A stretch of 64,000 nucleotides of DNA from a virus (Duplodnaviria > Caudoviricetes). Below, one piece after another: positions 58,485 to 64,000 of the stretch (positions are counted from its first letter, which is position 1; every line of letters begins with the position of its first letter). The notes below the pieces were generated by a model. It was given only the letters and a program-made list of their open reading frames with translations. It ran no database searches and was not told the DNA's origin. The stretch covers positions 222,846 through 286,845 of IMG/VR virus record IMGVR_UViG_3300042892_002922; one strand, given 5' to 3'. The position numbers and the translations under genes are program-made.

Positions 58485-58745
58485 ATGAAATTAATTATCA
58501 CAGAATCCCAACTATCATTAATCCAAGAATCATCCTACAATGGTTTGTTCGAGGGTGATAGTATCCGTGTAGCATCATTTCATAGAAGAAAGATGCCAAA
58601 AGCGGTTGAAAAGAACGTATTAGCATCTATTTCAAAGCAGGTCCCAGGTAACGCAACCTCATTTAAATTAAGGGCCGGTGAATACAATGATCTCGAAATT
58701 AATTTATTCGGACAATTATTAGTATTTTTAAGGGGAGATTATTAA
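58485..58745 (+). CDS. Hypothetical protein with IITESQ leader
   Basis: ORF track; shared N-terminal motif. Confidence 0.55.
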   Translation: MKLIITESQLSLIQESSYNGLFEGDSIRVASFHRRKMPKAVEKNVLASISKQVPGNATSFKLRAGEYNDLEINLFGQLLVFLRGDY

Positions 58746-58749
58746 TCCA

Positions 58750-58781
58750 TTTGTTTTTCTGGGCTTTTTTATGTATATTTG
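58750..58781 (+). promoter_or_regulatory. Perfect Bacteroidota sigma-A promoter (TTTG-N20-TATATTTG)
   Basis: Exact -33 TTTG and -7 TAnnTTTG consensus, intergenic. Confidence 0.65.
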
Positions 58782-58799
58782 AGTATCTAAACTTAAAAT

Positions 58800-59198
58800 A
58801 TGCAAAACACACAAGTGCTTATCAGTCCCTACGTATTTCCAGGTTTAAAACTTAACGGATTATCCAAAAAACAGTTTGCATTTCTTAAAAAAGCCGTCGT
58901 AACAATTACGAGGGAAGAAATTGTTAACATCGTATTAGAAGGATGTGAAGTTACATTAGAACAATTGGTTTCCAGATGTCGTGAACGCGATATTGTTGAC
59001 GCAAGAAAAATAACCTGCAAAGTTTTAAAAACAAAGTTTAACTATTCATTAAAATCTATCGGTGATTTTATTGGTGGTAGAGATCACACAACTGTGATTC
59101 ATTCTATCACTGAGTTTGATTCATTGTATAGTAACAATGATGCGTTTAAAGCAAAGGCGGATAGAATTCTTGACAAGGTTGGTATTGAGATTAGATAA
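58800..59198 (+). CDS. Stand-alone DnaA C-terminal (domain IV) HTH protein
   Basis: RERDIVDAR...SLKSIGDFIGGRDHTTVIHSI; no AAA+ domain. Confidence 0.85.
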   Translation: MQNTQVLISPYVFPGLKLNGLSKKQFAFLKKAVVTITREEIVNIVLEGCEVTLEQLVSRCRERDIVDARKITCKVLKTKFNYSLKSIGDFIGGRDHTTVIHSITEFDSLYSNNDAFKAKADRILDKVGIEIR

Positions 59199-59229
59199 AA
59201 ATAAAAGTTAGTATAATGTAAAATTACGC

Positions 59230-59748
59230 ATGCAAACAAAAATGATTAAAGTACATCTTAAAGATGGTAAAATTTGTACAGATTTATTTGAAACCCCATC
59301 ACAAGCAATAAAAAAATACGGCATAACAAACATCGCGAAACTAGAAGAAGTTAATGATAAAAAACTTATCATCACTAAACCTAGAGATTCGCAAATCATT
59401 TTAGAAGTTAGCAAGCGAACCGAAGAAGATTTAAAGTTATCTAAAGAATGTGGTTACACATTAGCATATACCAAACCATCAATGGATAAAATCTATAGCG
59501 GTATGGTGTTTGTTGAATCATCTGATAAAAATGTGTTGGTATCAGAATTCCAACGCTTAGAGAAGTTCGATAAACTAGTACATTATCACTGGAAGAACAT
59601 TGGTTACAAGCCGGCTAAAACTTGGAAGGTTGCTTTGTATCATAAGAATGCGAAGTTAATCACTAAAGAAGAAGCGGAGAAACAATATGGTAAATTAACT
59701 AACACCATCGGTGGTATTGGTTACATCAATAGAACAAAGGCAAAGTAA
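59230..59748 (+). CDS. Hypothetical protein
   Basis: ORF track. Confidence 0.55.
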   Translation: MQTKMIKVHLKDGKICTDLFETPSQAIKKYGITNIAKLEEVNDKKLIITKPRDSQIILEVSKRTEEDLKLSKECGYTLAYTKPSMDKIYSGMVFVESSDKNVLVSEFQRLEKFDKLVHYHWKNIGYKPAKTWKVALYHKNAKLITKEEAEKQYGKLTNTIGGIGYINRTKAK

Positions 59749-59749
59749 T

Positions 59750-60367
59750 ATGAAAATATTAAACCTATATGCTGGCATCGGCGGAAACAGAAAACTCTGG
59801 GGTGATGAACATCAAGTAACTGCGGTTGAATTAAACCCTTTGATGGCAAACATTTACAAGGATTTGTTTCCGAATGATGAATTGGTTATTGGAGATGCTC
59901 ACGAATATTTGCGTTTACATTATAAAGAATTTGATTTTATCTGGACATCTCCGCCATGTCAAAGTCACTCATCATTTCGCCATAACATATGTGTTCGCTT
60001 TAGAGGAACCGAAGCTCATTACCCTGACATGAAATTGTACGAGGAGATTATATTCCTTAAACATCATGCACAGGGATTATGGGTTGTTGAGAATGTTAAA
60101 CCATACTATGAACCGCTTATCAAAGGTAATCTTATTCAGCGACATTTGTTCTGGAGTAATTTTGATATCCCAAATATTGAAATGAAGAAGGATGTAATTA
60201 GAAAAGCACAGATACCCGACCTAGAGAAGCATCATGGTTATGATTTATCAATGTACAAGTTACCGAATAAACGTCAAGTGTTAAGGAACTGTGTATACCC
60301 AGAACTAGGTAAGCACGTATTTGATTCAGCACTTGTTAAAACCGTGGAAAATGTTACCCAAGCGTAA
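59750..60367 (+). CDS. Short C5-cytosine DNA methyltransferase
   Basis: LNLYAGIGG, WTSPPCQ, VENV, RNCV; start moved to ATG 59750. Confidence 0.85.
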   Translation: MKILNLYAGIGGNRKLWGDEHQVTAVELNPLMANIYKDLFPNDELVIGDAHEYLRLHYKEFDFIWTSPPCQSHSSFRHNICVRFRGTEAHYPDMKLYEEIIFLKHHAQGLWVVENVKPYYEPLIKGNLIQRHLFWSNFDIPNIEMKKDVIRKAQIPDLEKHHGYDLSMYKLPNKRQVLRNCVYPELGKHVFDSALVKTVENVTQA

Positions 60368-60572
60368 AAGATTTTTCTTTCACTATTTTAAACAACGTAA
60401 TTGTATGAGTATTCACTTTGATAAAAAATGCACACAGGTAGATGACGTTATATGTTTTGTTCCGACCGAAACAAAATGGAATAAAACACAACCTCATTTA
60501 GTTTTGCGTGGGTTTGCACATTCAGTTGAGATTATTCAAGAAGATAACCATACAGTTGCTCACATCCGTTAA
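60351..60572 (+). CDS. Conserved phage hypothetical protein
   Basis: FFFHY...MSIHF...C...VPTETK.NK.QP; start moved to ATG 60351. Confidence 0.55.
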   Translation: MLPKRKRFFFHYFKQRNCMSIHFDKKCTQVDDVICFVPTETKWNKTQPHLVLRGFAHSVEIIQEDNHTVAHIR

Positions 60573-60706
60573 TACTTTTATATGAAAAGCAAAACAAAAA
60601 AACAAAAACCGAAGGTAGAACCAATTAATCCAATTAATTATTCTCATAGAATAAAACTTATGGATCAGTTGCTGATGGATATCGCAATGATGAAAAAACA
60701 AAAAAG

Positions 60707-60991
60707 ATGAAAAAGTTAATTATATTTTTAATGTTATTGGGAGTGGTAACATTAGAGGCAAAACCAAAGTATCGAATAGAAACTTGGTATTTGAATGGAC
60801 AAAAACAATACTTAGCACAAAGAAAAGTTTGGGCTAGTACAAATTATTTCCCATTACCCTATAAAATATGGGTATCTGGGGCTTACCCTTTTAATTATCA
60901 ATCACAAGCTGAAGATGTTATTAGAAATTGGGAAGAAAACGAACAAAATAGAAAAAAAAATAAAAAATCTGAATTTATTTATATGAATTAA
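60707..60991 (+). CDS. Hypothetical secreted protein
   Basis: MKK + hydrophobic stretch + LEA signal peptide. Confidence 0.55.
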   Translation: MKKLIIFLMLLGVVTLEAKPKYRIETWYLNGQKQYLAQRKVWASTNYFPLPYKIWVSGAYPFNYQSQAEDVIRNWEENEQNRKKNKKSEFIYMN

Positions 60992-61061
60992 AAATTCAGT
61001 ACTTATACTGAATTTATTTCAAAATATTTTGTATATTTTTGTGATATAAAAAGTAAATATT

Positions 61062-61712
61062 ATGACTAACACACAATCACACGCGGAAAAAGAATTAGAA
61101 ATTCTAGCTGATAACACACCAGACGCTGTTATATTGGAATTTAAGGATGAACTATTGGCGTTGTGTGAAAAGTTTGGTAACAGTGGGCAAAGCGGTGGAT
61201 CTGCGCCGTATGTTGCTGGAGCATTATCTTCTGCGGTAAAGAAGTTATGCTTACAACAAACCATCGCGCCATTAACTGGTGAAGATAGTGAATGGTGTGA
61301 TGTTACTGAGCAAAGTAATGGTGAAATGTTATATCAGAACAAAAGAAACTCCGCAGTATTCAAAGATGAACAAGGTGTATGGTATCTAGATGCAATTGTA
61401 TGGTGTGCTGATACACCTGGTGATAGCGGAAACAATTGGGACAACTTCAGTGGTACTGTTGAAGGCATTAAAAGTAGAGGTTACATTAAAGAGTTTCCAT
61501 TTGAACCTAAAACGTTTCGTATCAACGTAACAAGAGAGATGCTTCCATCTGATTGGGACCAAGAACCATTTTATCAAGATAGTGATTATTATATCACATC
61601 TGAGTTTGAGGAAACTGGTATAAGGAGATGGATTCCAGGTGACAAATATCGTTATATCATTAAAGATATGAAGCAATTGGATGAAGTATTTGAATACTAT
61701 CAAAAGAAATAA
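61062..61712 (+). CDS. Conserved phage hypothetical protein
   Basis: GQSGGSA, PLTGED.EW, QNKR.S.VFKD. Confidence 0.6.
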   Translation: MTNTQSHAEKELEILADNTPDAVILEFKDELLALCEKFGNSGQSGGSAPYVAGALSSAVKKLCLQQTIAPLTGEDSEWCDVTEQSNGEMLYQNKRNSAVFKDEQGVWYLDAIVWCADTPGDSGNNWDNFSGTVEGIKSRGYIKEFPFEPKTFRINVTREMLPSDWDQEPFYQDSDYYITSEFEETGIRRWIPGDKYRYIIKDMKQLDEVFEYYQKK

Positions 61713-61714
61713 CT

Positions 61715-62137
61715 ATGGAAATTAATAATAAGATATTTTACTTTAGTATTAAGAAAGCCAAGGACTGTTTGTTTTCTAGAAGAAACGGCTATCAAGGTAT
61801 ATTATTGTTTGGGTATTCAATCTTTCTTAGTATCAAATATATCGAACAAAGAAAAACTGATAAGCGTTTTAATGCTGCGGTGATAGAACCATTATCAAAA
61901 AAGATACAAGAAGAAATAGACAGACAGGTAGTTGAAGAAGTAACTAACTTAGCTATTCAATATAAAAGATATGTGGAGCATTGGGGTGATCCTATTGACC
62001 CTATTAATTATAAGTTATATAGTATGGAAACGGACATGCCATGCTTTCATACTGAGAATAGATTATTCACTATAAAGGAGTTTGAATGCCAGCGCTTCAG
62101 TAATAAAGCATTTAGAGAGATGTGGGAATTAAAATGA
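61715..62137 (+). CDS. Hypothetical protein
   Basis: ORF track. Confidence 0.5.
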   Translation: MEINNKIFYFSIKKAKDCLFSRRNGYQGILLFGYSIFLSIKYIEQRKTDKRFNAAVIEPLSKKIQEEIDRQVVEEVTNLAIQYKRYVEHWGDPIDPINYKLYSMETDMPCFHTENRLFTIKEFECQRFSNKAFREMWELK

Positions 62138-62143
62138 TAACCA

Positions 62144-62341
62144 ATGAAAACAGCAGTACAGTGGTTAAAAGAACAATATATTGACCGTGGTGAAACAATA
62201 CCATCAGGTGTATTCCAAGAAGCACTTGAAAAAGAAAAAGAGCAGATAATAGATGCGGCAAAGTCCTGTAATTATATTGGTGGTGCAACAAATATAGAAG
62301 CCGAAGAATACTACAACCAAACCTATAACCAAAACAAATAA
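62144..62341 (+). CDS. Conserved phage hypothetical protein
   Basis: KTAVQWL...A.EKEKEQIIDA...AEEYYNQTY. Confidence 0.6.
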   Translation: MKTAVQWLKEQYIDRGETIPSGVFQEALEKEKEQIIDAAKSCNYIGGATNIEAEEYYNQTYNQNK

Positions 62342-62344
62342 CCT

Positions 62345-62590
62345 ATGACACCTAAAGAAGAAGCGAGAAAGGTAACTCTTAAAAACTTAAAAGGGATCAG
62401 AGATAGTACTTCGCTAGAAACCAGTATAAGAATCGGCATATCAATGGCTGATTATGATAACTGGGACAATGGTGATTACAATGGTGATAGAGATTTAATT
62501 AATAGACAGGTTGATATTGTTTTATCTAATATTGAAGAATGGGTAAAAAACAATTATATTAATCCAATAAGAAAAAAAGATGAACTATGA
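62345..62590 (+). CDS. Hypothetical protein
   Basis: ORF track. Confidence 0.5.
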   Translation: MTPKEEARKVTLKNLKGIRDSTSLETSIRIGISMADYDNWDNGDYNGDRDLINRQVDIVLSNIEEWVKNNYINPIRKKDEL

Positions 62591-62669
62591 TAAAACAATT
62601 TTTCAAGGATTTTCTGCTTGGCTTAAAAATTGCAGAGGAAAACCGTCACAAATGTCAAATAGGTAAAAT

Positions 62670-62879
62670 ATGATCTTCATTAAGAATAGGTTCAAGGATA
62701 GATGTCGATTAGGGATTGGCTCGAGCTTTATTTTTTCTGGGGATTATTGCACGGTGGTTAAAATGGGATATAATGGATTTAAGTACACCAATCAATCCAA
62801 ACCCAATGCCGATTGCTATATGGAGTATCAATTTTATTTAAAAACCCCGTCTGCTGCCGGCAGACAATTAAATCGATAA
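62670..62879 (+). CDS. Hypothetical protein
   Basis: ORF track. Confidence 0.45.
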   Translation: MIFIKNRFKDRCRLGIGSSFIFSGDYCTVVKMGYNGFKYTNQSKPNADCYMEYQFYLKTPSAAGRQLNR

Positions 62880-62883
62880 TAAC

Positions 62884-62991
62884 ATGAAAATTATTTCAAC
62901 AATTGCATTAGTAGCGGTCGCAGGTTGTGTATTAACAGCAATCTATTGGGTTGTTAAAGAGTTACCAATACACAGAGACCTCGAAGAATAA
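62884..62991 (+). CDS. Small membrane peptide (35 aa)
   Basis: Translated by hand MKIISTIALVAVAGCVLTAIYWVV... Confidence 0.45.
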   Translation: MKIISTIALVAVAGCVLTAIYWVVKELPIHRDLEE

Positions 62992-62992
62992 T

Positions 62993-63808
62993 ATGAGAAT
63001 TTTAATAACAGGGACAAATGGTTTTATTGGTAAAAATCTATTAAACGAACTTATAAATAACCATATAATTTTAGAAATAAATGAAGATTATTTTAATTTA
63101 CCTAAATGGCATGATGAAATATTTCATTTATTAAAAGATTTTATTCCCGATGTTATATTTCACGTAGGTGCTTGTTCCAATACGTTGGAAACAGATGTTA
63201 ATTACATGATGACCAGAAACTATGAATTTACTCGTTGTTTATCTGAATGGGCAAATGATATGGATAGTAAACTTATTTATTCATCATCCGCAGCTAATTA
63301 CGGAACCAATGGTGTACATCCTTCTAACCTATATGGTTGGAGTAAGTATGTTGCGGAACAATTAGTAATTAAAAATGGTGGAATTGCTTTACGCTATTTT
63401 AATGTGTATGGTCCACTAGAACATAATAAAGGAAAGATGGCGTCAGTTGCATATCAAATGTTACAAAAACAAAAAGAAGGTTTGGATATTAAATTATTTC
63501 CACTTAAACCTAAACGAGATTTTGTTTACATAAAAGATATTATAAATGCCAACATATTTGCTATGGAAAATTATGAAGAAAATTCTGGTGATTGGTATGA
63601 AGTTGGTAGCGGTATTTCAAGAACTTTTGAAGATGTGCTAGATAATTTAAACATACAATACACATATCATGATGAAAAAGATATTCCTAATGGATATCAG
63701 TTCCATACTGAAAGTAAATCACATAAATGGATGTTTGGTTGGGAATCTAAATGGAATTTAGAAGACGGTCTTAAAGATTATATTTTTAACCTAAAAAATA
63801 AAAGATAA
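62993..63808 (+). CDS. hldD: ADP-L-glycero-D-manno-heptose 6-epimerase-like extended SDR
   Basis: ITGTNGFIG, FHVGACSNT, MMTRNYEFT, YSSSAANYG, NLYGWSK, LRYFNVYGP.EHNKGKMASV, RDFVYIKD; start moved to ATG 62993. Confidence 0.8.
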   Translation: MRILITGTNGFIGKNLLNELINNHIILEINEDYFNLPKWHDEIFHLLKDFIPDVIFHVGACSNTLETDVNYMMTRNYEFTRCLSEWANDMDSKLIYSSSAANYGTNGVHPSNLYGWSKYVAEQLVIKNGGIALRYFNVYGPLEHNKGKMASVAYQMLQKQKEGLDIKLFPLKPKRDFVYIKDIINANIFAMENYEENSGDWYEVGSGISRTFEDVLDNLNIQYTYHDEKDIPNGYQFHTESKSHKWMFGWESKWNLEDGLKDYIFNLKNKR

Positions 63809-63809
63809 T

Positions 63810-64000
63810 ATGAAAACGCTATTTTTAATCTATTGGTTGCTAACAACCATCGCCGGTGTTTATTTGATTATTAAAACCCCACCAGATAGAAAATATCAGG
63901 ATGATGAGTTTTCATTGCTGGATGTTATGGCGTGTATTTTTCCATGTGCATGTATCGCCTGGGCTGTGGTTCCAATGGTATTATTACACAAAGTTAAATT
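63810..64000 (+). CDS. Membrane protein, 3'-truncated
   Basis: ATG 63810, frame open to the window end, hydrophobic. Confidence 0.45.
   Translation, partial: MKTLFLIYWLLTTIAGVYLIIKTPPDRKYQDDEFSLLDVMACIFPCACIAWAVVPMVLLHKVK

Larger units (their letters stand above)
1..64000. other. Segment of a large (jumbo-like) dsDNA phage genome, probable Bacteroidota host
   Basis: Dense short abutting ORFs, tail-fibre/LamG/Gly-rich virion genes, PcfJ-like proteins, thyA, several DNA MTases, a lysin; no ribosomal or core housekeeping operons; Bacteroidota-type promoter elements. Confidence 0.85.

Noticed and set aside
3584-63808. Numerous 60-135 aa ORFs nested antisense or out-of-frame in larger genes
   Set aside because: No motifs and fully overlapped by well-supported CDSs; only the MTase beta frame carries a recognisable motif
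1-64000. Stop-codon reassignment, tRNA or rRNA genes
   Set aside because: Recognisable proteins are full length under code 11 with TAA, TAG and TGA all used as stops; intergenic gaps are filled by small ORFs and I saw no tRNA-like arms

Overview
This is a gene-dense, AT-rich (roughly 30% GC by eye) segment of a large tailed dsDNA (jumbo-like) phage, read with standard code 11. I found no rRNA, tRNA or CRISPR array. The host is probably Bacteroidota: TTTG-N18-20-TAnnTT(T/A)G promoters, no Shine-Dalgarno sites, a Bacteroidota-type IscA and a WG repeat all point that way. Layout: (1) 1-14084 is a modification-enzyme cluster with a carbamoyltransferase, 2 radical SAM enzymes, 4 2OG-Fe(II) oxygenases, APS kinase, 3 sulfotransferase-like and 2 SGNH-like proteins and an SDR. 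It centres on an ATP-grasp-like/Hint-domain/Cys-rich-tail fusion, after which 11 consecutive unrelated proteins end in a shared K-x-(T/S)-L-(L/I)-type C-terminal tag. (2) 14126-27243 holds glycosyl/methyltransferases, a TibC/AAH-like heptosyltransferase, a 1288-aa tail-fibre-like protein with about 570 residues of Gly-(Ser/Thr)-Ser triplets, and LamG and Gly-rich virion proteins. (3) 27759-37022 is a minus-strand sugar-biosynthesis/glycosyltransferase operon. (4) 37081-64000 is mixed early/auxiliary genes: thyA, NlpC/P60, PcfJ-like paralogs, iscU-ferredoxin-iscA, an AdoMetDC-like protein, three C5 DNA methyltransferases (one split over two overlapping frames), a modular lysin, a stand-alone DnaA C-terminal domain and an ADP-heptose epimerase. 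All family calls come from motif recognition by eye, not database searches.
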